DNA of 64,000 bases, taken from positions 896,001 to 960,000 of the forward strand of contig CAXXGO010000001.1 in the NCBI GenBank assembly GCA_963666835.2, written 5' to 3'. The notes under the pieces are model-generated. The model was given only the letters and a program-made list of their open reading frames with translations, searched no databases and was not told where the DNA came from. This document shows, one piece after another, positions 10,401 through 21,600 of this stretch; the first letter of the stretch is position 1; each line of letters opens with the position of its first letter. The position numbers were made by a program, and so were the translations under genes. The DNA comes from Phycisphaerae bacterium. Its GTDB lineage: Bacteria; Planctomycetota; Phycisphaerae; UBA1845.

Positions 10401-13400
10401 GTTCGTGGCTTCGGGTACGGAATGTCGAGCTGCGGCGGATGAATGCGACGTAGCGGAGTATTGCACGGGTTCCGATGCGGATTGCCCGGCCGATGCTTTC
10501 GAGACTGCGGGTACGTCCTGCGGTGCGGTGCCGGATGATTGCGAGAATCAGGATACTTGCGATGGTGCCGGCCTCTGTGTCGACCAGGGGTTCAAGGCCG
10601 CCGGGACGGAGTGTCGCAGCGCCGCCGGCGTTTGCGACGTAGCGGAAGTCTGCGATGGCTCGTCGGCGGCTTGTCCGGTCGATGAGTTTGAGACCGCGGG
10701 GACGGAGTGCCGCCCGGCCGTGGATGACTGCGATGTAGCTGAGACCTGCACGGGCTCGGACGCTGATTGTCCGACCGACGGGTTCGAACCGGATGGCACC
10801 TCGTGTGATTTGGATGGTCTATTCTGTACGGGTGACACGTGCCAGACTGGAGTCTGCACGGCCGGTGGCGATCCATGTTCCGGTGGTGAATTGTGTAACG
10901 AGGCGGAGGATGTGTGTTGCCCGGGGAACGAGTACGGGCTGCCGGACGCCGAGATGATGGACAGTGGGTTCGGTGATCTCGGCTGGGTTGCGGCCTCCTC
11001 GCTGGACTCGAAGACGTTGATCGACCCGGGCGTCGAGTTTGCGATCACGCTGGGTAGCACGTCGGGAGACAAGATCGGTATCGGCGATGATTACCCGGTC
11101 GGGGCGCTGGCGGGATTCGACTTGGATGATGATCCGAGTGACCCGGATGCGTTGGGCGAGCAGACCAGTCTGGCGGCGTATGAGGCCTATCAGATGGTCG
11201 TTACCTACGTGTCGGGGCCGGCGGACAGCGATATCGACTTCAAGCTGCATCTAAACACCGGGCTAACCGGTGGAAGTGGGTACCCGTCCGGTGACTGGAC
11301 GAACGACACTTACTGGGGCGGTACGTGGATTGGCCTTAGTGTTGGTCAATCCGCTATTGCGATTCACGACTTCGAGAGTGCTGAGGCATGGAACATCGGT
11401 GACAACGAGGTTCCCCACACCGGTGGCGGGCTTGGTTGGACCGATGGCGGATTGTACGCGATCAATAGCCGCGATCGGAACGAGATCACAAACATCGGCT
11501 TCGAGGTCAACGACTTCGATGACGATGCCCGAAGCGGTCAGATTGTCATCCGTCTTGAGATGCGGCTGAGCGGCTGTTTGATTGACGATGTGTGCTACGA
11601 CGAAGGCGAGTTGAACCCGTTGAATGACTGCGAGTTCTGCGATCCCCAGACCAGTACGACTTCCTGGACTCCGGTGGTGGCCGGCACGCTGTGCGGGGCC
11701 ACACCCGATGTTTGCGAGAATCAGGATACCTGTGACGGGGCCGGAACCTGTACCGACAACGGCTACAAGACCACCCTATGCCGCGATGCTGTGGGTGATT
11801 GCGACGTGGCGGAGTACTGCGATGGTTCTTCGCCGGCCTGTCCTGCCGACGTTGTGGCTGGGGTCGGTATCGAATGCCGCGCACAGATCGGTGATTGCGA
11901 TGTGGCGGAAGTCTGCGACGGCGTGTCCACCGAATGCCCGGTTGACGAAGTAGCGGGGAGCGGTACCGAATGCCGCGCGGCAACGGGGCTTTGCGACGCG
12001 GTGGAAACGTGCGACGGTGTATCGGTCGATTGTCCCGCTGACGAAGTGGCGGCGAACGGTACGGAATGCCGGGCTGCAACGGATCTTTGCGATGTGGCGG
12101 AAGTCTGCGACGGCGTATCGGGTGTTTGCCCGGACGACGAAGTGGCGGCAAACGGCACGGAATGTCGGGCCGTGGTGGGTGACTGTGACGTTGCCGAGGT
12201 TTGCGACGGCGCATCGGTCGATTGCCCGACTGACGAGTTTGCGGCGAGCGGCACGGAATGTCGTGAGGCAACGGGCCTTTGCGATGTGGCGGAAGTTTGC
12301 GACGGTTCATCGGCCCTCTGTCCGGCCGATGAGGTGGCGATGGGCGGTACGGAATGTCGAGCGGCGTTAGGCGACTGCGATGTTGCCGAGGTCTGTGACG
12401 GGATATCCGGAGACTGTCCGGAGGACGGCTACGAAGCGGCGGGCACCGAATGCCGCGCGGCAACGGATCTTTGCGATGCGGCGGAAGTCTGCGATGGCAT
12501 GTCGGCTGATTGCCCGACTGACGAGTTTGCGGCGAGCGGTACGGAATGTCGGGCCGCAACGGGTCTTTGCGATGTTGCGGAAGTTTGCGACGGTTCCTCG
12601 ACCGCGTGTCCGGCTGATGTCGTGGCTGCTGCTGATACCGAATGCCGCGCACCGGCTGGTGATTGCGACGTAGCGGAAGTCTGCGATGGATTGTCGGCCT
12701 TCTGTCCGGCCGATGAAGTGGCGTCGAGCGGCACGGAGTGCCGGGCCGCAACGGGTGATTGCGACGTGGCGGAAGCCTGCGATGGTATATCGGCCGATTG
12801 CCCGGCTGATGTATTTGTGGCAAGCGGTACGGAATGTCGGGCCGCAACGGGTGTTTGTGATGTAGCGGAAGTCTGCGACGGCATGTCGGCCGATTGCCCG
12901 ACTGACGAGGTTGCGACGAGCGGTACGGAATGTCGGGCCGCGGCAGGTGATTGCGATGTTGCCGAGGTCTGTGATGGGATGTCCGGGGCTTGCCCGGCGG
13001 ATGGCTACGAAGTGGCGGGTACGGAATGCCGTGCGGCAACGGATCTTTGCGATGTGGCGGAAGTCTGCGATGGTGCATCGGCTGGTTGTCCGGCTGACGC
13101 TGTAGCGGCTGCCGGTACGGTATGCCGGAGCGCCGCAGGTGACTGTGATGTGGCAGAAGCCTGCGACGGTCTGTCGGTTACTTGTCCGGTGGACGAGTAT
13201 GAAGATGCCAGTACCGTTTGTCGCCCGTCGGCAGGGGTCTGTGATCCAGCGGAGTATTGTCCTGGTGACGGGCCGGACTGTCCGGATGATGTGGACGACA
13301 TCTCGCAAATCGACGTGACTATCGAGATTGACGCGCTCACGAACGAGGTGAGTCGGGATGTCACGTTTGTGCTCACGGATTGTGAGGGCGCGACTGAGAC

Positions 13401-14223
13401 GCGGGTTGAAGAAGTCCTGTTTGCCGGCGGCGGGCCGGGAACGGTCTCGTTGTACAACGTCGATACGGAAACCGATTGGATTCAGGTCAAGGAAGGGCAC
13501 ACCTTAAGTGCGCTGTTGCCCGTGTCGTTTGAGGCCCCGGATTACTGTTACGCTAATGTAGAGTTCACCGGGGACGAGAAGCTGCTATCGGGTGACTTCT
13601 CGAACGCCTGGGTGGCGCAGGACAATCTCGTCGATATTCAGGATTTCGCGATCCTGTCGATCGAATGGAATAGCCTGGTGGATCCGGACTTAGGGACGCT
13701 CGCTGATGCCAACGGTGACGGGATTCAGGACGGATTCGACTTCGCTCCGATTCAAGCGAACTTCGCCCTGACCGGCGATGCCGAAAGTGAATGCGTCCTG
13801 GCAGTACGCAAGGACGTCAGTGGTGGCCGATCGCACTTCATCACCTCGACCGGTAGTCAGGTCCGAGGCGGATCCGTTGCGGCATCCGGTGGCGTGGCGT
13901 CGTCTTCGCGGACGTCGGCGGATGTGAATGGAAAGGGGTCCGGAAACGAGGCCAACTACGTACAGGGTTCCGGCACGGTCCGCGTCGATCCTGGATCAGG
14001 GCGCGTCAACCGCCGGGCGGTACGCACGCGGGTCTCGGTAGCCGAACTCGCCGTTCCGAACGCGGAGCTGGCCGACATCAACGGTGACGGGGTGGTTAAC
14101 GCGTCGGATATTCGAGCTTTTGCTGACGTACATGGTTTGGTCTTGACTCCACAGTTCAGCGCGAGACTTAGCCAGTTCGAAACGAACGAGCTGAATGGAG
14201 AATCTGATTCGCAGCACGAATAG
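7429..14223 (+). CDS. Giant secreted scaffold-like protein: signal peptide, N-terminal beta domain, SpaA/prealbumin-like domain, atypical LTD, two cohesin-like domains, disintegrin-like Cys repeat arrays, dockerin-like EF-hands
   Basis: ATG 7429 follows RBS GAGGAGGA and gives signal peptide [88 protein letters not shown] repeats; ADANGDGIQDGFDF and ADINGDGVVNASDI. Confidence 0.85.
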   Translation: MKRCVWHLAIVCLALCLCFGSGTAVMGADTELLSATYPTSEPGLWTTTPAVVGLPTGAFNTDHVDVGDPTSEATHAMDVCDDDGNAAGNACYNGDCSAHEWGGVCTWLSGRTIRAMWEHDGVAPDESDPGATMTLDFGTLAVNKYVAVLWNRGSGNDSFDIEIEGDAGGPYHVAWLSGSGNNAAITGVFDVGVQTGVQIVTFTATEPAWSMQSTYAQAMVSEVAVWSAPEPGTIIVEKQTDPDGAAQSFDFTGDVAGTIGDGQQLSVTLPPGTYTSQETLLAGWELTSIVCDDGNSSGDVGTGTATFQLEEGETVTCVFTNTQVALSAPVILNEYNAVGSSKWLDCDGLECSDAEDVYFGRVEGNGGNWIELVVTQDNLDMRGWSIEWVEDTDSGTITFTDDDRWESMQAGTIITLTELCTSEGGLDTQAFFHPVTDWWININTLCEGVAQETYVTTTHSSAPNGSFSVGNDDFQLTILDETSAVVFGPVGEGVCDFDGVGSREVGKLEEDPSPSVTACSDYNDGTSSSFGHPNLWGDGGNRQRFNDLRGEIVNIELVTLSTPSTSDAAGFSVCMAGLEMGQPCADDSDCTFGGDGSCRGLPELPISETQFGVGSEFYLEVWAQTTEPGGLSSVFADIDYDPCVVTANEIVHTMAFTASGYEPEGTIDSANGVIDNVGGPHFDGSCSTGFGVGPNWVRAAYIEFTADAHGTPLFTSRNTDSGFDNAICGVLGLVDQDRVSYGELAVQAGAESGDLVLAVPAAPQIVGVGQQVTVDLNAANLSTAVSGVQALMHYNTQNLSLAGAALVLPWDNEISVLYGVCVGGDNEGAQCGFSGGFDCSVGGGLCAETGDVLFSAGIAGSSTDVDGTVATFTFNAVEDSSPVVSFLEDMPAAYPSICTKLTDASTAEFISPSRTDTIDGDIQILDGECYIDGQWYDDGDPNPLNECELCDTATGLSAWTPAASGSSCGATPGDCENQDTCDGAGSCVDNGFVASGTECRAAADECDVAEYCTGSDADCPADAFETAGTSCGAVPDDCENQDTCDGAGLCVDQGFKAAGTECRSAAGVCDVAEVCDGSSAACPVDEFETAGTECRPAVDDCDVAETCTGSDADCPTDGFEPDGTSCDLDGLFCTGDTCQTGVCTAGGDPCSGGELCNEAEDVCCPGNEYGLPDAEMMDSGFGDLGWVAASSLDSKTLIDPGVEFAITLGSTSGDKIGIGDDYPVGALAGFDLDDDPSDPDALGEQTSLAAYEAYQMVVTYVSGPADSDIDFKLHLNTGLTGGSGYPSGDWTNDTYWGGTWIGLSVGQSAIAIHDFESAEAWNIGDNEVPHTGGGLGWTDGGLYAINSRDRNEITNIGFEVNDFDDDARSGQIVIRLEMRLSGCLIDDVCYDEGELNPLNDCEFCDPQTSTTSWTPVVAGTLCGATPDVCENQDTCDGAGTCTDNGYKTTLCRDAVGDCDVAEYCDGSSPACPADVVAGVGIECRAQIGDCDVAEVCDGVSTECPVDEVAGSGTECRAATGLCDAVETCDGVSVDCPADEVAANGTECRAATDLCDVAEVCDGVSGVCPDDEVAANGTECRAVVGDCDVAEVCDGASVDCPTDEFAASGTECREATGLCDVAEVCDGSSALCPADEVAMGGTECRAALGDCDVAEVCDGISGDCPEDGYEAAGTECRAATDLCDAAEVCDGMSADCPTDEFAASGTECRAATGLCDVAEVCDGSSTACPADVVAAADTECRAPAGDCDVAEVCDGLSAFCPADEVASSGTECRAATGDCDVAEACDGISADCPADVFVASGTECRAATGVCDVAEVCDGMSADCPTDEVATSGTECRAAAGDCDVAEVCDGMSGACPADGYEVAGTECRAATDLCDVAEVCDGASAGCPADAVAAAGTVCRSAAGDCDVAEACDGLSVTCPVDEYEDASTVCRPSAGVCDPAEYCPGDGPDCPDDVDDISQIDVTIEIDALTNEVSRDVTFVLTDCEGATETRVEEVLFAGGGPGTVSLYNVDTETDWIQVKEGHTLSALLPVSFEAPDYCYANVEFTGDEKLLSGDFSNAWVAQDNLVDIQDFAILSIEWNSLVDPDLGTLADANGDGIQDGFDFAPIQANFALTGDAESECVLAVRKDVSGGRSHFITSTGSQVRGGSVAASGGVASSSRTSADVNGKGSGNEANYVQGSGTVRVDPGSGRVNRRAVRTRVSVAELAVPNAELADINGDGVVNASDIRAFADVHGLVLTPQFSARLSQFETNELNGESDSQHE
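11779..13290 (+). repeat. Intragenic array of 16 x 96-bp (32-aa) disintegrin-like Cys repeats
   Basis: Counted 16 units of CRxxxGxCDVAEVCDGxSxxCPxDxxAxxGTE in the translation. Confidence 0.9.
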
Positions 14224-14532
14224 GGGGCAAGGAGGTTGCCGTGGGCGCGGGCTGACCGCGCCTACGGCTTTCCTACGGAGCTTCCGTTCTAATCCTCGGT
14301 GTGCGGCCGGCGAGCTGGGTGGCTCGTCGGCCGCCGTGCCGGGAAAGAGGGGAACTCGTTTCCTTTACGGCGGACTGTCAGGCGGGGGATTGCGACGTAG
14401 CTTACCCACTTGTCGTCCTGTTTCTGTTAACGACTGGGGGGCTTCGGCGCGATCCTCATGCGACCGGAGTATGTGCTTCTGCGAGAGGGTGAATAGGGCA
14501 GAATGGTCCTGGAAGCCTTGGAGGGCGTCTCG

Positions 14533-17500
14533 ATGTTGCATAACGTACGGCGAATTGTGGCTATCGGTGTAGTCTGCTTTGTGGTGCTGAGCGTTCCGGC
14601 CTACAGCGATATTCCGTCCGGCGGTCCGCTTCGGCTGACGGCGCCGGCCAAGATGGTCAAGGACAAGACACTCACGCTGAAGGCTGAGTTTCTTGATCAG
14701 TACGGATGCAAGGCTGCCATTGACTGGCGCAAGTGGAGCGTGGTAGGTGTGGTATCTGCACGCCGTGTTTCAGATGGCAGGGACGTACCCCTGTCTATTA
14801 CGATATTCGAGACATACTACAAGGGCGCTGGTGGAGGGACCCCGCCGGAGGACTCGATCCGCTTCTACAACGGTGTGGGTAGCGTGTCGATTACCCTTGA
14901 CAATCCCGATGCTGTTGCGGGCGAAGATATCGAAGTTGTCGTGACCGCCGACGGGAAGACGGCATCGAAGGTCGTGGCCGTCCTGGATAATGTCCCTGGC
15001 ACGTTCCGCGAGCTTTCGGGGACGCTGTCCGGGGATGATCTTACGTGGGGACCTGGGGACGGCGTGATTCACCTGACGGGTCATGTGACGGTGCCCTCGG
15101 GCAGCACCCTGACTATCAATGCCGGTACTCTGGTGATGGCGGATAAGGGTACGGCCCAGCAAGGGGTCAGGATTGACGTCAATGGAAGTCTCAACGCGGA
15201 AGGCACCGCTGACGCCCCGGTCTTCTTCTTCGCTACCGAAGGGCCGCCGGCGATGGAGCTGATCTCGGAAAACGAGAACTCGTGGGGGGGGATCTACCAT
15301 GACGGGCCGGGAACTTCGACGTATTCGTATGCTATTATTACCGGGGGGGGCAACGGCTACGGGGGGCAGTGGCATCTGTATCCGCCGATGCTGCGATTCT
15401 ACAATGACCACTCGCTGCTTATGTCGCACTGCATCCTTGCAGATGCTCCTGCCAAGCTAATCCTGGGAGATTACGGTAGCGGTTCGTTCACGATCTCGCA
15501 CAGCTTGCTCACGCGCGGTGGCTTCGCGGCCACGTTCGGAGCCTTCGATGAAGCCCGAGCGCACATGCCCGTGCTCTTTGAAGACACGTGGATCACTCGT
15601 GTCGGGCGAGGCGATGAGAGCCAGGACCTCGATGGAGACGCCCTGCATTGGAATAGCGATAGTGCTGACGGGTTGACCTTTCGGCGTTGCATTATCACCG
15701 ATGTTGGTGATGACTGTATCGATGGTTCGGATTCCTTCTATATCAAGTCATATGTATATGACAGTATCGTCTATGATCTCGACGATAAGTTTACAACCTA
15801 CTGGCCGGGCGATATCTACGCTAACAACCTGCTGTTGTTCGCCTGTAACAAAGGGTTCGAATCAGTCAACGGATATCCAACGCAATCGACGCTGGCCGAC
15901 ATACGTCCGTTCCCGGAGGACTACGGCGGGGACTGGTGGGTGGAGCGGTGCATTGCCTCGCCGGGCGGGACGCAGACCGGGTATACCTGCAGCAGGTTCA
16001 GCGCGGATTACACCGTTCTGGCAAACGCGGATCATCAGAGCTGCGGTACGGGGAACGTTGTCGGCGATCCGTTGTTCGTCGATCCGATGACCGGGAGTTT
16101 CCCCCCGGCGACCGGCGATTACCGGTCGAGCTATGATTACAACCTGCAGGTGGGTTCGCCAGCATTGACTGCCGGACCGTTCGGAGAACGAGTCGGCTGG
16201 CTGGGCTTTCCGGCGGCCGAACCGTGTACAAGTGCCGCGGATTGCGGGAGCGGCGGGACGTATGATGATGACAACCCGTGTACGGCCGACACCTGCGAGG
16301 TTGGGGTCTGCGTACACAGCCTGATTGACCAGTGTATTGCGTGCTGTGACGCGGGGGACTGCGATTATGGTGATCCGTGCGTCATCGGCACTTGCGAGGC
16401 CGATGGCATCTGTTCGTTTGTTAACAACGAGGGCGGCGAATGCGATGACGGGCTGTTCTGCACGGAGACGGACACCTGTCAGGGCGGCGTGTGCATCGGA
16501 AGCGGGAACCCATGTGCGCCACTGACCTGCGACGAGGTTGCGGACCAATGCACCGGTTGCGAGAACGACCAGCAGTGCGCTGACGGAGTCTTCTGCAACG
16601 GGGTGGAGACCTGCGATGCGGGAAGCTGTGTTCCCGGGAGCGATCCATGTGATGACGGCGTGGGTTGTACGCAGGATTCCTGCGATGAGGAAAGTGATGC
16701 ATGCACCAATATCGCCGACGATTTAGCATGTGACGATTCGAATGTATGCACGGCGGACACGTGCGATTCGAGTTTGGATTGCCAGTACGTAGACCTCACC
16801 GGAGCGTGCGACGATGGCCTGTTCTGTACGCTGGTCGATGCGTGCGTGGATGGGACCTGTGTTGGGACCGGCGACGCGTGCGACGATGGCTTGGAATGTA
16901 CCGAGGATTCTTGTGACGAGAGTGCGGATGAATGCACCTATGTTCTGCAAGATGGCTGGTGTCTGATTGATGGCGTCTGCTTCGCGGACGGTGCAGTGAA
17001 TCCAGCGAATGGGTGTGAGTACTGCAGTGCGGTGGCCGGTGAAGGGACCGCCGCCGGAGTGACACTTCAAGCGGTTGCGGATCCCGTCGGCTCACCGCGC
17101 GGGCTGGATGTGGCGAATCAGATGTACGTGGACGGCTACGAAGACACCTACGACTACTCCAGCGCCAGTGTATCAGTCGACTTCTTTACCGGAGCGCAGA
17201 CGCTGCATGGAACTCTGGTAGCTAGTGGGCTGAAGCCGAACTTCGCGTACCAGTTCAAGCTGTACGGCATTCCGGAGACGAATTCAAACGAGCAGATCGG
17301 GCTGACCGGCAGGTGGAATGAAGAGGAGTGGGATGGCTCCGTTTGGGTAGATAATGGTAATCTGAACAGCAAGGGGGACGGATCGTCGCCCAATCCCAAT
17401 GATGTCGTCTACTTCGCGCGCCGGGATGTGCTCGATGATATTGGGGGTAGCCCGACCGGTAGGAAGTATCGCTATACGGGCTATTTGGTATTCGATTACT

Positions 17501-18402
17501 TCATCACGAACGAAGCCGGGAATGCCACGTTGGTATTTGCCCAGGATAGCAGCTATCACGTGTTGTTCAAGACGTCCCAGAGGACCCGCACCGCCGATGA
17601 TGGGCCGATCAAATCCTATACGTTCGTGGGTGGTAATCCGGATCCGGTGTCTGCCTATGATACGGTCTATAGCGAGACGACGGAGGAGGTTTTCGGCGAA
17701 TGGGAACGTCTTCCGGCTGGGGGCATGCAGCTTCCATCGGCGCATTATGAGGGGAAGTTCTGGTTGACGGAGGAGTCCTTTCACGGAAGTGGGGTGGCGG
17801 GATCTTGGGGTGCGGCTATGGAAGGGGCGGTGAGCTTCGATTTAGGATCAACCAGCGCGACTTCATGGTCGCCCCGACCGTCGGGCACACCGTGTCCGGA
17901 TGGGCAGTTCTGCAACGGAGAAGAAGCATGCGAGGATGGTACGTGCATTGCGGGTGTGGATCCGTGCCCGGGTTTGGTGTGCGACGAGTTGAATGACGTT
18001 TGCGTAAGCGGGGAGTGCGTGGAGGACGCGGACTGTGCCGACGGCGTATTCTGTAACGGCGAGGAGCTGTGCGTTGATCAGAGTTGCGTATCCGGTGCAA
18101 CGCCTTGTTCTGGCGTCTGTGAGGCTTGTGACGAGTCCACGGATTCGTGCATGTGGTGCATATTCGATCTTGACGGCGACGAGTTCATTGGTCCTGGGGA
18201 TTTTTCGTTCTTCGCGGGTTGCTACGGGGGCAGCTATGCGTGCGATCCTCCGAACTATCGATCGGGAGCGGATCCGTGCTGCATAACGAATTTCGACGAA
18301 AGCGCCGACAGTTTCGTTGGTCCGGGTGACTTCTCGGGCCTGGCGGGTTGCTACGGTGGTGGGTGCGGCGAATGTGCGAATTGTTGGGGGCAGGGCCGGT
18401 GA
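14533..18402 (+). CDS. Secreted protein: Ig-like domain + right-handed beta-helix, Cys-rich repeats with an inserted globular domain, C-terminal dockerin-like module
   Basis: ATG 14533 follows GGAGGG and gives signal peptide [26 protein letters not shown]-terminal half is paralogous to the segment of the first gene from about nt 3920 onward ([30 protein letters not shown]). C-terminal [21 protein letters not shown] pair. Confidence 0.85.
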   Translation: MLHNVRRIVAIGVVCFVVLSVPAYSDIPSGGPLRLTAPAKMVKDKTLTLKAEFLDQYGCKAAIDWRKWSVVGVVSARRVSDGRDVPLSITIFETYYKGAGGGTPPEDSIRFYNGVGSVSITLDNPDAVAGEDIEVVVTADGKTASKVVAVLDNVPGTFRELSGTLSGDDLTWGPGDGVIHLTGHVTVPSGSTLTINAGTLVMADKGTAQQGVRIDVNGSLNAEGTADAPVFFFATEGPPAMELISENENSWGGIYHDGPGTSTYSYAIITGGGNGYGGQWHLYPPMLRFYNDHSLLMSHCILADAPAKLILGDYGSGSFTISHSLLTRGGFAATFGAFDEARAHMPVLFEDTWITRVGRGDESQDLDGDALHWNSDSADGLTFRRCIITDVGDDCIDGSDSFYIKSYVYDSIVYDLDDKFTTYWPGDIYANNLLLFACNKGFESVNGYPTQSTLADIRPFPEDYGGDWWVERCIASPGGTQTGYTCSRFSADYTVLANADHQSCGTGNVVGDPLFVDPMTGSFPPATGDYRSSYDYNLQVGSPALTAGPFGERVGWLGFPAAEPCTSAADCGSGGTYDDDNPCTADTCEVGVCVHSLIDQCIACCDAGDCDYGDPCVIGTCEADGICSFVNNEGGECDDGLFCTETDTCQGGVCIGSGNPCAPLTCDEVADQCTGCENDQQCADGVFCNGVETCDAGSCVPGSDPCDDGVGCTQDSCDEESDACTNIADDLACDDSNVCTADTCDSSLDCQYVDLTGACDDGLFCTLVDACVDGTCVGTGDACDDGLECTEDSCDESADECTYVLQDGWCLIDGVCFADGAVNPANGCEYCSAVAGEGTAAGVTLQAVADPVGSPRGLDVANQMYVDGYEDTYDYSSASVSVDFFTGAQTLHGTLVASGLKPNFAYQFKLYGIPETNSNEQIGLTGRWNEEEWDGSVWVDNGNLNSKGDGSSPNPNDVVYFARRDVLDDIGGSPTGRKYRYTGYLVFDYFITNEAGNATLVFAQDSSYHVLFKTSQRTRTADDGPIKSYTFVGGNPDPVSAYDTVYSETTEEVFGEWERLPAGGMQLPSAHYEGKFWLTEESFHGSGVAGSWGAAMEGAVSFDLGSTSATSWSPRPSGTPCPDGQFCNGEEACEDGTCIAGVDPCPGLVCDELNDVCVSGECVEDADCADGVFCNGEELCVDQSCVSGATPCSGVCEACDESTDSCMWCIFDLDGDEFIGPGDFSFFAGCYGGSYACDPPNYRSGADPCCITNFDESADSFVGPGDFSGLAGCYGGGCGECANCWGQGR

Positions 18403-18632
18403 CGGGCGGCGGCGAGAAAGACGGGTCCTGCAAAGGCGGAGTATCGCTGGTTCGTAGCGCCCAAAGCGGCGCTGGTGCGGCGACGGGGTTGTTAGGAGGG
18501 CGTAGGATGACGCGTGGGCGGCGAAGCGTGTTTGCGCTCGTTTTGAGTTGGGCGTGCGTGTTCGGTATGGGCAAAGCTGCTGATGGGGCGGATCCGATGA
18601 TCACGGAGTTTATGGCGTCGAACAGCAGCACG
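17979..18632 (+). repeat. 654-bp near-identical repeat A, copy 1 (dockerin tail + intergenic + next signal peptide); copy 2 at 22862-23515
   Basis: Direct match at offset 4883. Mismatches seen at 18192, 18210, 18306 and 18484. Confidence 0.95.
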
Positions 18633-21600
18633 ATTGCAGATGAAGATGGCAATTCGAGCGACTGGCTGGAGGTTTATAATCCGAACGCGACAAGTCTGGA
18701 TATTGGGGGATGGTATCTTACGGATGACGCAACAGACCTGACGAAGTGGGCGTTTCCAAGCACGACGATAGGACCGGACGAGTATCTGATTGTGTTTGCG
18801 TCAGGCAAAGCACGTGCTACGAGTGGGGCCCAACTACATACGAACTACAAACTGTCCGCGGATGGGGAGTACCTGGCGCTGGTACACCCCGACGGTGTGA
18901 CCGTGGCACAGGAATACGCGCCTGAGTATCCACCGCAGCGTTGCGATGTTTCGTACGGAGAACTTGCCGGGGGTTACGGGTATTTTGGAACTGCGACGCC
19001 CGGGGCAGCGAATGACGCAACGCAGTATCCAGGCTTCGTTGAGGATGTCGTTCTGAGCGTTGAGCGGGGGTTTTACGATACCGCGTTTTCCCTGGCAATG
19101 GCGACAGCAAGTGCCGGCGCACAAATACGGTATACGACCAATGGCGCCACGCCTACGCCGACGACGGGTTTGGTGTACGACGGCCCGATTGTGGTTGATG
19201 AGACGGCGATCGTTCGGTCCAGAGGGTTCAGGCCCGATCTACTGAGCTCGCGGACGACAACCAGCACGTATGTTTTCGTCGCCGACGTAGCCTTGCAATC
19301 GCAGGACGGTGCAAAGCCAGGCTCGGATTGGCCAGACCCCTATGGGCCGCACACGGGGTTTCACGATCCGCAGGATATCGATTACGGGATGGATCCGGAC
19401 GTAACGACCGATCCGAGGTATGCCGATTTGATCGACGACGCGTTGCTGGCGATTCCAACAATGTCGGTCGTGACGGATCTTGAGCATTTATTCGATCCGT
19501 CCTCCGGTATCTACGTAAACGCAAAGGGGCGTGGTGAGGAATGGGAGCGCCCGGTCTCGCTCGAGTTGCTTCAACCGGACGGTACTGAAGGATTCCAGAT
19601 CGATTGTGGTGTACGAATACGCGGTGGATGGAGCCGCTGGGGCAGTTGCCCGAAACATGCACTGCGGTTCTATTTCGATTCGGCTTATGGGCCAAGTCGG
19701 CTGGAGTATCCGCTTTTTGGCGATGAAGGTGCGGCAGCGTTTGCGAAAGTCGATCTGCGTACCGCGCAGAATTACTCGTGGAGTTTCAAGGGGGATTCTC
19801 GGAACACGCTCGTTCGCGACGTTTTCTGCCGAACTCTGCAGCGGGAGATGGGCCAGCCGTATACCCGAAGTCGGTGCTGTCATCTCTATATCAACGGCCA
19901 ATATTGGGGGCTTTACCAGACGCAGGAACGGGCCGAGGCGCACTTCGGGGCAACATACTTTGGTGGCGAGCGAGACGACTATGATACCATAAAGGTCGGA
20001 GACACGCTCGATATGAGGGGTGAAGTGGAGGTGGCGGACGGTGACTGGGAAGCATGGGATGCTCTGGTTGCCGCCGCCGCGGCCGGTTTCGCCAGTGACG
20101 CAGCCTACTATTGCGTACAGGGCCTGCATGCGGACGGGACACCCGATCCGGCGTGTGAACGGCTGGTGGATATCGACAATCTTATCGATTACATGATTAG
20201 TATCTACTACATGGGAACCGACGATTCGCCGATCACGAGCCATCTGAGCAACACGTGTAACAACTTCTACGGGCTGTACAATCGGAATAACCCGGCGGGA
20301 TTCACATGGCTGACGCATGACAATGAACATGTCATGGACATCACCGGACTGAGTTACGACCGTACGTCGGACCTGGCGGTGTATGACGGGGATTGGTCGC
20401 AGTATTTCAATCCGCAGACTCTGCATCAGGAGCTGGACGCACACCCGGAGTATGTGATGCGGTTCGCCGATCACGTGCATCGGCACTTCTTCAATGGGGG
20501 AGCATTGGTGCCCGAGCGCCTGGATGTGTTGGCGCGGGGGTTTATAGAGGTCATTGACACGGCGATTATTGCGGAATCGGCGCGGTGGGGTGATGCGAAA
20601 ATTTCTTCCGGGGCTCCATTGACGAGAGATGATGATTGGGCGCCGCGTATCGACAACATTTTGGACAGTTTTATCCCACAGCGTACGGCGATTGTGCTGG
20701 AGCAATTCAGGAATCGCGGATGGTACCCGGATGTCGACGCGCCGACGTTCTTGATAAACGGTTCGTATCAGCACGGAGGTTCGGCGAGTGCGGGTGACGT
20801 GCTTACGATGGTGAATCCGGGTGGTAGCGGGGCGATTTACTACACTTTGGATGGCACTGATCCACGTTTGGTGGGCGGAGGAGTGAGCGCGACGGCGGTG
20901 CTGTACGATGGTGCGGGGGTGCCTCTTTCATCAAGCGTGGTGGTTAAGTCTCGGGTGCTGGACGGAGTGGAGTGGAGTGCGCTGAACGAGGCGAGCGTCG
21001 CGGTAAGTAGCTTACCGTTGGTTATTAACGAGATTATGTATAACCCCGCGGTCGCCGATGGCGCTGAGTTCGTGGAGGTTTACAACCCGTCTTCATCGCT
21101 TGGGGTTGATGTATCAGGGTGGCGGTTGGATGGGGTAGGTCTGACGTTTGCAGAAGGGACGGTTGTAGCGGCGGAGAGCTACTTGTTGGTGGTGCGTGAT
21201 TGGGCTGTATTCGAGAGCGTTTATGGTTCCGGGGTTAATGTTACGGCGGAGTATTCGGGTCGGCTGGACAACGGAGGCGAGAACCTGGTTCTGCGCGACT
21301 GTGACGGGGTGGCGATCGATTCTGTTCGTTACGACGACGACGCTCCCTGGCCGACGAATGCTGACGGAGTCGGGTATTCGTTGGAGCTGATCGACGTCGA
21401 GTCGGATAACGACCGGGTGGCGAACTGGTCGGCGAGCTTGGTGGAGCATGGTACTCCGGGTACGGCTAACGGGGTGGCGGGGGTTTCTGCCGCGGTACCT
21501 CCGCTGTGGGTAAACGAAGTTGTTTCGGTGAACACGTCGGTGAACGTGGACGAAATGGGTGAGTACGATCCATGGATCGAGATTTACAATTCGTCTGATA

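Noticed and set aside
11779..13290. Regular 96-bp repeats as a CRISPR array
   Set aside because: They are in-frame coding repeats with synonymous variation, with no repeat/spacer structure and no cas genes.
11546..13500. Long antisense ORFs (510 aa, 377 aa) and similar shadows at 19488-20774, 34682-35410 and 47652-48581
   Set aside because: Low-complexity Arg/Pro/His-rich or motif-free shadows of well-supported genes in GC-rich DNA.
18348..18506. N-terminal extensions given by the ORF track (also 23231, 7354, 28165, 32641, 36088, 53267, 55925, 56081, 61662)
   Set aside because: Downstream starts have an RBS, signal peptide or translational coupling; the extensions overlap neighbours or promoters.
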